In this document: positions 24,421 through 36,397 of the stretch, one piece after another
How positions within the stretch are numbered: the stretch's first letter is position 1
How the letters are laid out: each line of letters opens with the position of its first letter
Source of the DNA: Hamiltosporidium tvaerminnensis FI-OER-3-3
Lineage: Eukaryota > Fungi > Microsporidia
NCBI GenBank assembly: GCA_022605425.2
Contig: JAKIMF020000007.1
Coordinates: forward strand, 1,054,001-1,118,000
DNA: 64,000 nt
Direction: 5' to 3'
The notes under the pieces: generated by a model
Seen by the model: the letters and a program-made list of their open reading frames with translations, nothing else
Database searches by the model: none
Told to the model about the DNA's origin: nothing
Position numbers and translations under genes: made by a program

Positions 24421-24499
24421 AACAATTTATAAATGAAAATTTAAATGATTTATAAAATTTAGAAGCATAGAACAGTTTATGTTGACATTAATATAATAG

Positions 24500-25375
24500 G
24501 TCATAGATATAAAATAAATAACTTAGAAACGCTATTACGAAAAGTAGGAACTTATTCGTAAGAATATCTGTATAACAGAAAAATTTACTTGTTATTCTAT
24601 ACCGATAGCAGTCATATCATAGCAAAAAAGACTGATGACCATTGAGATCATTGTCGAAAAGATCGACAATGAAGCCCGAAAATAAAGTCTCCTTATGCAT
24701 GAAATAAGCCAAAGTAGATTATGACCTCGAGAAACAAGGAAATATTCTATCATGTTTTAAAGTAGTTTAGCATTGCGTCTAAAGAATATTACTTTGTAAG
24801 TACTAGATATTCTTTTTAAAAATAATCATGAAATAACGCGGAAATAAATGGAGAAAATTAAAGCAGGACATAAAGGATATTTTAGCTTTCAAGAAGTTCT
24901 ACAATCTCGACTATATAAGCTGGAATGTAACAAAAAAGCATAAAAGACCCTTTCTTGGATCTAATAGTTATGTACAACTGTTAAAAATACATATTGATAA
25001 TGTGTAATGAAGCGATACTAGGTATATGAAAACTAAAGATTCTCCGAAGAATATACGAAAACAAATGAGGGGTACGAATTCATTATAATCTCGAGCTCCA
25101 AAATTTATGTAGAAATTCAAGATTTGGGAAAGAGTTAAACGAACCAGACTTCGAAAGCCGAGTCATTTTAAATCAATGCCAGAAAGCAGATTTCCGAAAA
25201 CGGTGAACATATATTTAGAAGATTGAACATTTCATGTTCACCGCAAAATTTGATGTCTAGATGATATTAAAGTAAATCATAGTAATTTTGTATTAGATGA
25301 ATGGAAAAAGAAGCGCTTGATCCGAAAGCCGAAATTTGACAGTAAATGAGGCCAGAGCTCCTGAGTAACTATAAT
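24500..25375 (+). mobile_element. Degraded 5'-truncated RTE-clade LINE (RT C-terminal half)
   Basis: Broken reading frame giving LYNRKIYLLFYTDS (YADD-like), EKIKAGHKGYFSFQEVLQSRL, KILRRIY, RIHYNLELQNL, RLRKPSH..MPESRFPK, LDDIK and VNEARA, in RTE order. Confidence 0.7.
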
Positions 25376-25964
25376 TTCATTTAGACAGTATGTAAATAAC
25401 CCTATATAAACACAAAAAATATAAATATAGTAATAAAAAGAACAGACAGAAGACTTTTAAAGTATAAATAATGATTCAAAAACAAAAACATAATTCATCA
25501 GACAATTATTCTTTAAAATTTTTAGAGTTTTTTTTAAAGTTAAAAAAAAAGAAGGTAAATTTTCCCATGACACAAATTTAGAATTATAAACGTAAATCGT
25601 TATTTATCCTCTAAAAGCTTTTATTATTCATTTTTAAATTCTTCTTTTTTCTTTCCTTCTTCAAATATTTTTTATATTCTTATTTATATTCTTTTATATA
25701 TGTATTTTATCGTTTAATTATTTTTTAAATTCATTTATTTAATTATTTCTTTCTTTGATTTTTTTATATTCTTTTATATATAATCTCCTCCTTTAATTAT
25801 TTTTTAAATTCATTTATTTAATTATTTCCTCTTCAAATATTTTTTTAATTCATTTTATATGTATTTTATCGTTTATTAATATTTAATTCAATTATTTAAA
25901 ATTTAGATTTATCTTTTATTTTTTACTTATTTATTTTAAAACTGTTAATTTTTAAAAGTATTGA

Positions 25965-26226
25965 TTTGTATTTCTAATCTTTAGTTCTTCTTACAACTAA
26001 TAATATTTAGACATTATATGTAGATTTTTTAAATATTTGTCATATCTAATCTTAAATTATTCCAACAAATAATAATATTTTTACTAATAATCTATAAGAG
26101 TATTAATTTGTAAGTATCTCTAATCTGTAGTTCTTCAAACAAATAATAATATTTTTATTAATAATCTATAAGAGTATTAATTTGTAGTATCTCTAATCTG
26201 TAGTTCTTCCAACAAATAATAATATT
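25965..26226. repeat. Imperfect ~72-bp tandem repeats upstream of PS synthase
   Basis: Repeated AACAAATAATAATATTT...TAATAATCTATAAGAGTATTAATTTGTA...CTCTAATCTGTAGTTCTTC blocks. Confidence 0.75.
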
Positions 26227-26306
26227 TAAAAATTACATTTTTTTATATGTTGATTAGATAATTTATAAGAAAATTTATTTATTTCCTTTTTTATAAATTT
26301 ATTACA

Positions 26307-26309
26307 CCC
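26307..26309 (+). promoter_or_regulatory. CCC motif upstream of ATG (microsporidian-type initiation signal)
   Basis: An AT-rich run followed by ACACCCTAAGGCGTATG. The same arrangement occurs at 45948-45951, 56517-56519 and (minus strand) 22544-22546. Confidence 0.6.
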
Positions 26310-26317
26310 TAAGGCGT

Positions 26318-27448
26318 ATGTCGATAAAGAAATCAAAAAAGAACAAAAGCATGCGGTTTCTTACCTCAACTGCACACACGGATTCTCTTCTGTTTTCTAT
26401 ATTCAGAAAACCACACACAATTTCTGTATTAATGGCAATGTTAAGTATGTTGATATATTTGGCTTTTTTCTATCGCTGTAAATCGAATGTGGTGACGGGA
26501 CTTTTGGTTTCGTTTATTGTTTTTGTAGTTGTTGGTACTTTGTTCTATACGGATGGAATATTTGAAAGGCCACATCCTGTTTTGTGGAGAGGTGTAAAGG
26601 CATGTAGTGTTTATTATTTAATGGTTATGGTTTTTCTTTTATTTCAAGATAAACATAATGTACGACTTTGGTTGAAATATATAGATCCTTCTTTGGGTGT
26701 GCCACTGCCTGAACGTAGTTACGCTACTCACTGTGATCTTACATTTACAAATTTGTACAACCAGATGGACATTTTTGTGGTGGCGCATATTTTTGGATGG
26801 TATTTCAAAGCAATAATATTCAGAGATTATTTTTTATGTTGGATTTTAAGCGTGATGTTTGAGGTTATGGAATATTCGTTGCAGCACCAATTGCCGAATT
26901 TTGCGGAGTGTTGGTGGGACCATTGGATTTTGGATGTGTTTACGTGTAATGCGTTGGGGATACACCTGGGTATAAAAACATGTCAGTATTTTAATGCAAA
27001 GCTATATAGATGGCGTGGTAATGTAGATCCGGGATTTGTTATTTATGAATGGCTTAAAGGTGCTACTACTTTTAAAAACTATATTGGGATTTTAATATTG
27101 GTTATTATTAATATAGCGATAGAATTAAATACTTTTTATTTAAAGGCGCTTTTATATCTGCCGCCATCGCATTTTTTAAATGTAATACGATTGGTTATTC
27201 ATGTTTTGATGGGAGCAGTGGCATTACGAGAGGGGTATTCGTACTTTAGTGATAGGAGTGTTAAGACATTTGGGTCGCAAGTATGGATATGTTTGGCTTG
27301 TACTCTTGTCGAGACACTCGTGTGTTTCAAATATGGTAAAGGAGAGTTTAGTAATCCGTTTCCGAGGAATGTTATAATATTTTGGAGTTTTTTAATGGCG
27401 GCTGTGATTGTGTATCCGATTTTACGGTATAAAATGCGGATAATTTAA
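26318..27448 (+). CDS. PTDSS: Phosphatidylserine synthase, base-exchange (PTDSS1/2, PSS family) type
   Basis: Multi-TM 376-aa ORF with family motifs DGIFERPHPVLWR, DPSLGVPLPERSYA, DIFVVAHIFGW, FEVMEYSLQHQLPNFAECWWDHWILDV and ELNTFYLK. Confidence 0.95.
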   Translation: MSIKKSKKNKSMRFLTSTAHTDSLLFSIFRKPHTISVLMAMLSMLIYLAFFYRCKSNVVTGLLVSFIVFVVVGTLFYTDGIFERPHPVLWRGVKACSVYYLMVMVFLLFQDKHNVRLWLKYIDPSLGVPLPERSYATHCDLTFTNLYNQMDIFVVAHIFGWYFKAIIFRDYFLCWILSVMFEVMEYSLQHQLPNFAECWWDHWILDVFTCNALGIHLGIKTCQYFNAKLYRWRGNVDPGFVIYEWLKGATTFKNYIGILILVIINIAIELNTFYLKALLYLPPSHFLNVIRLVIHVLMGAVALREGYSYFSDRSVKTFGSQVWICLACTLVETLVCFKYGKGEFSNPFPRNVIIFWSFLMAAVIVYPILRYKMRII

Positions 27449-27648
27449 GAATGCTAAGTCGCTGCAGTTTATCTTTAATCTTAATTAAATAAATTTTTCG
27501 ATAAGACATTTGCTTAAAATAATTTTTTAACCAATCAAAATATGATATAGCATAAATTTATTCTATTTGTTATTTTTGCATAAAGTAACCAATAAAAATA
27601 TATTAGATAAATTAAAAAAATATATTAATTAAAATTTACTTACAAATT

Positions 27649-29337
27649 ATGAGAAAAATTAAACTCAAAGTATACGATAAATTTAACAAATCGCATATTT
27701 TAAACACATATAAGAATATGACTGTGGGAGAAACATTAAATGAAGCATTTCCAGAATCTGATACATTAGTAATAAAAATGGTTACTAAAGAAAAAAAATT
27801 TAGATTAGATATGGAAGAAAATGGCGAGTTTGGCAAAAATATAAGGAATAAAAAGCCAATGATTTTCGATTCGAACGATGAAGAACTTAAAAAAACATTT
27901 AAAAAAGTTTCTAAGAATTATAAAAAAAGAAAAACGTCTTCGAAATATATTTACAAATTCAAAATAATAGAAAGGAATACACGTATAGAAGAAATTCTCA
28001 AGGAAATAATATTTTCCGGATATAAATTTAGATTTTATTTGGTAGATACAGAAGAATTCATAGAAATATATGTAAATACATGTGTAAGATATTATAGCGG
28101 AGGAAACAGAAGCTATAAAATATATTGTTCTGAAAATACAACAGTAGACGACATAGAAAACGAAATAGCGATGGTTTTTAATGTTGAAAAAGTTTTCGGA
28201 TTATTTGGATATAACCATCTTGGTTTATTTAAGTTAAAAAAGAACGAAAAAGTGTTGGTAATAAAAGAACTTTACTGTATCGCCGAATCAAATTTTAATT
28301 TTTTCCAGCTTCAATTTAAAAATGTAAATGATGCTTTGTTGCAAATGAAACCAATTTATAGCGCACGTTTTTATAAATTACAGACGAAAAATGATATTTT
28401 ATTGTTTAAATGTATGAAAGAATACGGTCTGGTAGAGAACGCATTATTTAAAATTTACGATAATGATAGAAAACTTGTGTTACAAAATATTGATCAATGC
28501 AAAGTTTTTCTAGAAAAGTACTACGGCAAATTTTTATTAATTATTGAAGATGGTTTGAATGAACTAATTCTTTGTAACTACGATGAAGAGATATGCGAGC
28601 AGATGTATTTCAGTTTGCTAGGGTGCAAAAACAAAAGTCTTATTAGAGAAATAGCTGGAAATGAAATTAAAAACGTTTCTTTCGAAAACTCAAACTATCT
28701 CGAAACCAGTGACAAATTTGATCTCAGTTTCCAAAATAGCAATAGTTTTGTTAAAAATGTTTCTCAGGATACAAGCCGTGATGAATTTTGTAAAAGAGAA
28801 GCTACTAAAGTAAAAGAATTTCAAGAAAATAAAACTAATAATGAAAATGAAAGCATATCTAAAATTCTTAATGAAATGAATTCATTTTTAGAAAGCACAT
28901 ATTCTACAGAAGGAACACTTAAAAGCAGTAAAAGAAACTCTGATATCACCTTAAATACTTCTCAACAAAATCTAGACAATGATTTTGTTGATAAACATAC
29001 CGTGACATTCCAAAACAACGATTTAAATGAGATATCTTCACTTATAAAATTAAATCCTATCACTAAAACTGAAACCAAAAGAGATAAGAAAAAAAGCTAT
29101 AAAAGAAATAAAATTAAAAAAGTATTTCAAAATATAAATCACAAAAAAACAGAAAAAGAAACTTCTAGTACTTCAGAATCAAATAAACTAGAAAATTCAA
29201 TTTACTTTAAAAACCAACCTAAAAATAATGTACCAAGAAATTTTACAGAAAATTCATCTGATTATAGTTTTTTATTAGAAGAAACAGAAAGTTCACAAAA
29301 TACAGAAGAGTTTATTCATTCATATTTCTGTAATTAA
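27649..29337 (+). CDS. Hypothetical 562-aa protein (globular N-terminal half, possibly PH-like; low-complexity C-terminus)
   Basis: Long intact ORF in AT-rich DNA, ~200 bp downstream of PSS; no family recognised. Confidence 0.8.
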   Translation: MRKIKLKVYDKFNKSHILNTYKNMTVGETLNEAFPESDTLVIKMVTKEKKFRLDMEENGEFGKNIRNKKPMIFDSNDEELKKTFKKVSKNYKKRKTSSKYIYKFKIIERNTRIEEILKEIIFSGYKFRFYLVDTEEFIEIYVNTCVRYYSGGNRSYKIYCSENTTVDDIENEIAMVFNVEKVFGLFGYNHLGLFKLKKNEKVLVIKELYCIAESNFNFFQLQFKNVNDALLQMKPIYSARFYKLQTKNDILLFKCMKEYGLVENALFKIYDNDRKLVLQNIDQCKVFLEKYYGKFLLIIEDGLNELILCNYDEEICEQMYFSLLGCKNKSLIREIAGNEIKNVSFENSNYLETSDKFDLSFQNSNSFVKNVSQDTSRDEFCKREATKVKEFQENKTNNENESISKILNEMNSFLESTYSTEGTLKSSKRNSDITLNTSQQNLDNDFVDKHTVTFQNNDLNEISSLIKLNPITKTETKRDKKKSYKRNKIKKVFQNINHKKTEKETSSTSESNKLENSIYFKNQPKNNVPRNFTENSSDYSFLLEETESSQNTEEFIHSYFCN

Positions 29338-32300
29338 AATTTTATATTTTTAATAACATTTACAAAAATAACTAAAAATTATATCTTAAAGATAAATATT
29401 ATATTTTCTATACTTTTATAGGTTAAAAACATTAAAAAATCTTTCTTTAAAAAAATATTTTTTCTTGGTTAAATTCGGAATTGTCTGTTCAATATTATTC
29501 CGAAATGTGTTTAATTAAAACATAAGTTATAAGAAAATAAAATATATTTTAAAATTTGAGAAGTAAATGTGTTAAATAAAAATCATTTCATTAAAATACG
29601 ATTTGAAAATAAATTTTTGGCACAAAAATATCACTTTATTTGCTTTTAAAAATAAAAATTATCTAAACTTAGTATAAATTCAATTATTTTGACAAATTTA
29701 AGCATTGGTTTTTTGAGTTGTAAAAATGTTATTCGTTCAATAAAAAAACATAGTTTAATAAAGGTACCACTTTTTATGTTCTTCCCATAATAATAACTCT
29801 GTTCTAGGTATTATATGGATAAATACTTACCATACTCTATTTGTATCTCTTAAATATTTAACTTTTGAAACTTTATATCTACTTGGTGTATAGAACCTTA
29901 TTATGGATAGGAATTTAGCGTAAAGTTTGTTTGTGTTGTGTAGTGTATGATTGCAAGCTAAATCTACTCGGGATTTTATAATATTCAGAATTGTAGACTT
30001 TTAAAAATATTTTTTTTCTCTAAGTAAGGAATATTTCTCCTCGTTTTAGAAAACTTAGGTTTCTCTGCTTTTAATGGCAATAAACTATACGTCGATCGTG
30101 TTTTTGATTAATTTATATAAAAAACTTGATAATAACCATTGGAGAAATTTTTAAAATTTTGTAGCTCTTTTCATTCTTATAATAATTCATAAAAAAAACA
30201 ATAGGTTTTTGTGTGAAATAATACGATTAGAATTACAAATAATTAGATACACTTGAATAGATGATTTTTAGTCAGCAATCTGTAACTCGGAAACATAAAA
30301 CATATTTTTATAGCTACAATGTTTATCGGTATTTTTTCGAACCAATATCTTACATAGTAGAAAACCATAACTATATTTGTAAATATGAAAATAATTTTAA
30401 ATTAATTAAATTAATTAAATTAAAATGTTTTTTTTCAAAAGACAAGCCTGATAAAGACAATATATGTTTATATAATAAAATACTGATTTATTTAGTTCGA
30501 TTCATTTTTAAAAATCATTTCCGAAACAAAATATTATGGTAAATCTTATTAATCTTGAATTTTTTATGAATTGATTAATGATAGTAAAATGTATAAGATT
30601 TAATATAAGCTATGGATGGTTAGATTATTTAAGGGAATATCAGAAAGAAAAGCCATCTGAGATAAATACTCGTATTTGAATGAACATACAAGAGAAAAAC
30701 TTTGAAATAAATTCAAAATGTTTAAAATAGAAAATTTTAGAATTTTTAAATATTATGAGATATGAAAGATATTGAATTTTTAATTATTACAATATTTTTA
30801 GAAATATTAGAAAATAAAGATAGATTGTTGCAATTAAGGAACATCCACTCTAAATATTTCTATAATATAAATGTATGAGTTCGCAATATTATATTTTTGC
30901 TAAAATATAAGAATTTAAATGTGTTTGGGGTGAGCTTAATACTAGAATTAGGCAGTTAAAATATAGGGTAAATAGGAATTAAGATAAATTAACCTTTACA
31001 CAATTTATATACTTACCTTTTTTCGTTGTACAAGATCTTTAAAACTGTAATCTCAAGCAACTCTACATATGAATAATTAAAAATTCAAATAAACTTCATC
31101 ATTTTTAAGGTTTTATTAGGGAAAAAATGTTTTTTCTGTCTTGAAAGTCATTTGATTATTTTCAAAACTTAAAAAGCTTTAAAAACACATTTCTAATAAG
31201 AATTCATTGATTTTTTTATAAATATAAAGCGAAATGTATCCAACCTTAAACACAAAAGCACAAAAAAACGGCTTTGAATATTCATATAAATTAATATACT
31301 CTTTTAAACTGGTATTAAGAACAAATTTTAGCTAATAAATTTACTATAAAACACATATCTAAAAATGATATAGAGAGAATTAAAAAAAAATCAAATTTTA
31401 TTTGAATACTTTTAATGAAAAAAAATAATTGATATAGAAGATAAGAAGTTATAAATATGATGATAATAAAGACAATAATTCTGAATAAAAGATAATTACA
31501 TGAAAAAATATAGCAAGGCTAATCCTGACATAAAATCAATAGAAAGATTTAGAACCAATAATAAACTATAAATAATGATTAGTGACGACTAAAATGAAGA
31601 ACTTGGATGTAAAAGGCCCTATAGAGTAAGATTTATGACAAAACTTTGCAGTATTGAAGCCTAATGTAAAATAAAATACCGGTGTGAAGCGGTTTCCGCA
31701 AATGTGATAAGTTTATAAGTTATTCTTAAAACATAAAAAAATATCGGTATGCCATTAAGAGCTCAGACACTAATTTAGTGCAATTGATGTTACTTTAAAA
31801 CTGAAAAATGGCTTGTCTAGAGGAAAACAAGAAGTAAAATAAGAAATACAGCAAAGATGAATTTAAAAAATTGTACTCAATATTGGATGGAATGTATAGA
31901 GTACTACTTTTCGAGGAATACAATAGTTCTGTTATATTTGAATATACCGCGGGTATGGCTTCTGTTTATATTTTTTTATAATTCAAGAAGGAAAGACACA
32001 AATATTGATACTTTTATAGGATTACAAGATATTATAATGCATATCAAAGCAGCTAAACAAAATATTTTTAGTAGGTATATCTCTCAAATATGATTAATAT
32101 AATATTTATTGATTATTTCAAAGCCGATGATTCTTATGATTGCAAATTTATAGTTGTGTAATCCCGAACTACAAAATTAGTTATGGTTAAAATACTTTTT
32201 AGTAGCTTAAATTGTTTAAGGAAGTACCTCAAAACATTTCAAATGACGTTTATCGCTTGATTTTGAATTTAGAATGAGTTGAGATATATTTAGATACAAA

Positions 32301-35113
32301 ACCAGGCAAACTTAGTGCTTTTCACAAAAAATAAAAATTAGATTTACATTTAGATGATACTATTGTAGGAATCAGTAAGCTTTAGTTTTAAAATGGTCTT
32401 CGATAAGGCATATGGAAAACAAATTAAGGCGAAATCATGATCTAAACAACAAGTAAAAATTTCAATTTATATGGAATGCAAGCTTCGTACGGCAGGTTCC
32501 TAGTCTAGCATTAAAAGTTGCGTGTTTAAAATTTTTACTTTTATATAATATTATCAGATAATATGCAATTTTATACCCAAATATTTAGTCAAATCTAATA
32601 ACGATTTCTGTAGGAGTTTCTAAAAAATTTCCTCATTTCTTTTTTAAAAATCATCTATAATAATTTTTCCACCATAATCAAAGCAGATCTAAACGACGAA
32701 GGTTAAAAAAGTTTGTATTATTTAAAAAAAGCTTAAAAAAAACATAATTTTATAGGAGTTGTTTTGTAATTACAGAATAATAAATTAAAAGCTTCTGCTT
32801 CGTAATTATCGAATTAAACTGGTGTAAAAATATTTGTTTGGCTTTTTACTGGAATGAAAAATATATTAAAATTTCAGTTGCTTCAAGAGAATTTGTATGG
32901 AAGAAAGGTCTGCAAAATGGCTAAAGCTTTTCTACAAACTTACATTGATGTCTTTTCTGTATTGGATTTGACTCCGTATTCTAATTGATATATTATCATT
33001 TAAAAGCATAATACTTAGCCTTGATCAGTTGAGTTAGAATATATAGTACCGGAAAATACAAAAAAATACATCTAAAAATCCCTGAAAACCGATTGAAAGT
33101 ATATACTTGTTGGCATCACATCGCTTGTATCGATAGATATGTGTAAATGATTGGATATATCTAGGCCGGATGTGCATCTTGATCCAAATTATAGATTAAA
33201 TGAAGATTTTACTTATCTTGGAAAGTCACAGAAGCTTTCAAATTTTTGTTTATGTTCTTAAAACAGAATTTGCAAAATAAGATTAGTGGATTTACATTAC
33301 ATGGGTTCTCTCAAGTTTTAGATGATTGCCTCAAAATAAATGATCCTGGAAATACTGATGGTGTCTTGGAGAGTAGTTATCTTGTTAAACACAGAAAATA
33401 TGCATATTCATGAACTAAAATATCACTTAATATTTTTATAAAAGATTATCTTTTGAATAATGAAAATTAATCCACATCATCTATGCAGATTACTAAGCTA
33501 AACAAGCTAGAAAATACAACCTTTCTGAAAAAGACAATGTTATATATTTTTTCAAATAAGAATTTTCAGTTTCGATACTCCGGATAGAATTGATAATTAA
33601 AATAACAAAATGGGTGAATAGCAGTAGGATAAAACAGAACACAAGATATGTAACAATTATAAATATAAGATAAAATGAAATTATTTTTTTTTAGTAACCC
33701 ATTTAAGCATATTCACATTCGATATATCACTAGAAATATCGATGGAAAAACCAGAGATAGATTTTTCCTTTATAAAATTAGCTTTGACTAATTGGGTAAT
33801 TAAAATAATAATTTATATGATTTAGTAATGCCACAACGACTTGCCTCAAAATTTTTAATTGCTGGAAAAAATGTAAGAAAGCAAAAATAGTGTTTCGATT
33901 GAAAGTATGAATCTTTTGATTTGTCTATAAATGTAACCAACCAATCATACTGTGTAGAAGTAGGGTATGAAATAGAACAAAGCGTATAATTAACTCAAAA
34001 AACATATGCACTAAATATTGTGGTAAATCTTTTCAAAATAGTATATTATGTGTAAGAATAGCTTTATAAATATTGTTTTTTTTTAAAAATGATGTTTTTA
34101 TTAAATCTCCTTGTCAAAATATTATTTCGAAATATTGTATTGATTTATAAAATATGGTAGAATTTAATGTTTCAAAGCCTTTAGTGATTTAATTTTTTTG
34201 TATTATGAGCATTAGTATCCAAAATATTTGCTCAGAACAATATGAAATAATTATACTTGATTAAATTACATTTTTTTCAATGGAAATAACTAGGTAGTTA
34301 TAAAACAAATGAATTAACTAGTACCGCCGCATACGCTAATAAAAAGTTTCAATCGAATAAATCTTAACCAGAAGAAAAATAGAATGAGATAGAAATAGCT
34401 GGCAAACTAAACCGAATAAGTCCAGGCCTGAGCTAAAGTTCCAATATAATTTAACCAAGTAGAACAGAAGAGGGAATTTCGCTAATTAAAAAGATTTTGG
34501 AATTTTACTGAGAAATGTCTAAAGACGACTAAAAATTATATTATGAAATATTAAAAAACAAACTAAAAAACCGACCAAATTAGATTATAAAAGCCTAAAT
34601 GATAAAAATAGGAAATTTTAGTAGATAAATGGGGTCAAAAACCAATCTACTTGATTTTTTTGAATGTAAAATTAAGTTCGATTTATTGAATTTAGCGGCT
34701 AGTTATATTATAACTGAAGTTTTATTTATTATAAAGTTGAGTTTGTGATGAAATACACAGAGAAATTAAAAATATGATCGAAGAAAAGCCAAGAAGATAT
34801 CTCAAACAGAAATCTTCTAATACTGGAGCAAAATACAAATTCAAAAACCATCTGCACTTAAAATACAGTGAAAAAATCTTGAACATTTGTTTTAAGAATG
34901 TCTACTTCGTTAAAATAAAAATAAAACACTTTTTTGTTGAAATGATAAGTCCAAGTAATAAATAGAAAATAAATTAAGCAAAGTTTAATGTCATAATTTT
35001 CTTTCGATCGAAAGAGGACAAAACCCAGGGCCCTATAATAGAAAAAAGAATTCGAACGTCAACCGTTTATCATACTATATCATTATACAGGTGGGCCTGA
35101 TATTAGTTGCCTT

Positions 35114-36397
35114 TTAATGATTTAGTCGTCTCTTCTGTGGTTCTTTCGGTGTTTTTGTATCAGGATTTTGCCTTTTCTTTTGAGTTTGTTTGGTTTTGTA
35201 ATTTTCGGGTTTGATCGCATTAAATATATTCTTAAGTTCGTTATAATAACTAAAAGTTAGATGCTGTATCGGTAAAACTGCATCGCCTATAATAGCTCTA
35301 AATTCGGCAAGTTCTTTTGTTCTTTCGTTTGCTATCTTCATACTGTAATCTGTACACTGCATATTTATTTGATCGACGGAATATTTAAACTTTGTGAATT
35401 CTTTCTTGTCTTCTGAACAACAACATTGTAGTGCAAAACTATATTCCGGATGTTCATAAAAAAGTACCTTGTTCATTATTTTTATTTTAGTCTCTTCATT
35501 TGAAATCTCAAAGTTTTCTAAATCTGCAAAACAAATGACAAACGAATATAAAACATTAAAAAGAGGATGAAGAAGCGCGACATCGGCAGAAATTCGCACA
35601 TTCGGATCATTTTCTAAACATATATTGAGTAAATCATTTATACCATCATTATTATTTATAAAGTTTGATTCGGATTTTGTTAAAAATTTTCGGAAAACAA
35701 ACGCAAAGCTATAAATATCCGAATTAGATTTATAAACACGTCCGTTTCTTATCTCCGGTGCTATATATGAAAATCGACCCCTGTTGTTCTTACCAGTTCG
35801 GATATCGTTATCAGTAAACCAAATATATTGGTAGTTTTCAAAATGTGCAATTCCAAAATCTATAAGTTTAACCTTTAAATTATTTTCTAACATCACATTG
35901 TCAAATTTAAAATCGCCTAACACTATATTCCGAGTTTTTAGAAAATTAAAAGCATCCAAAATTTGTTTCATAATAAATATAAAATTTAGAAAAGTTTTTT
36001 TTTTCGATGCTAAATATTTTTCTAGTGTTATAGGTAGATATTCAAATAAAAGATAATAATTTGTAGAATCTTCTTTGAAATTGTAAAATTTGACAATATT
36101 TTCGTGTTTTAAGTAATTTTTAAATAAATTCAATGTTATTAATACTCTTCGATTACGTTTTACTTGTACTTTTAAGGCATATAATTCATCAGTTCCATTT
36201 TTTTGAACCAAATAAACATTTCCTTGAACACCAAATCCTAAATGTTTGATTGGCAAAAATGCTTCAGATACACCATTTTTAATGAATGTTATGGATTCTG
36301 TAAAATTTATGTTTGAACAATCTATTATACATACTAATATTTTATAAATTAGTAATTTGCAAATAAATTTCATAAAACTTTTGTTCAATAAATGCAT
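35114..36397 (-). CDS. Ser/Thr protein kinase-like protein with putative signal peptide (start may be ATG 36373)
   Basis: LGFGVQGNVY, YALK, VLGDFKFDNV, DFG, YIAPE, SDIYSF and RISADVALLHP motifs; hydrophobic N-terminus MKFICKLLIYKILVCIIDC; basic C-terminal tail. Confidence 0.9.
   Translation of the reverse strand: MHLLNKSFMKFICKLLIYKILVCIIDCSNINFTESITFIKNGVSEAFLPIKHLGFGVQGNVYLVQKNGTDELYALKVQVKRNRRVLITLNLFKNYLKHENIVKFYNFKEDSTNYYLLFEYLPITLEKYLASKKKTFLNFIFIMKQILDAFNFLKTRNIVLGDFKFDNVMLENNLKVKLIDFGIAHFENYQYIWFTDNDIRTGKNNRGRFSYIAPEIRNGRVYKSNSDIYSFAFVFRKFLTKSESNFINNNDGINDLLNICLENDPNVRISADVALLHPLFNVLYSFVICFADLENFEISNEETKIKIMNKVLFYEHPEYSFALQCCCSEDKKEFTKFKYSVDQINMQCTDYSMKIANERTKELAEFRAIIGDAVLPIQHLTFSYYNELKNIFNAIKPENYKTKQTQKKRQNPDTKTPKEPQKRRLNH

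Noticed and set aside
31009-31018. ATACTTACCT as the 5' end of U1 snRNA
   Set aside because: No stem-loop I/II motifs or Sm site downstream; likely chance in AT-rich DNA.
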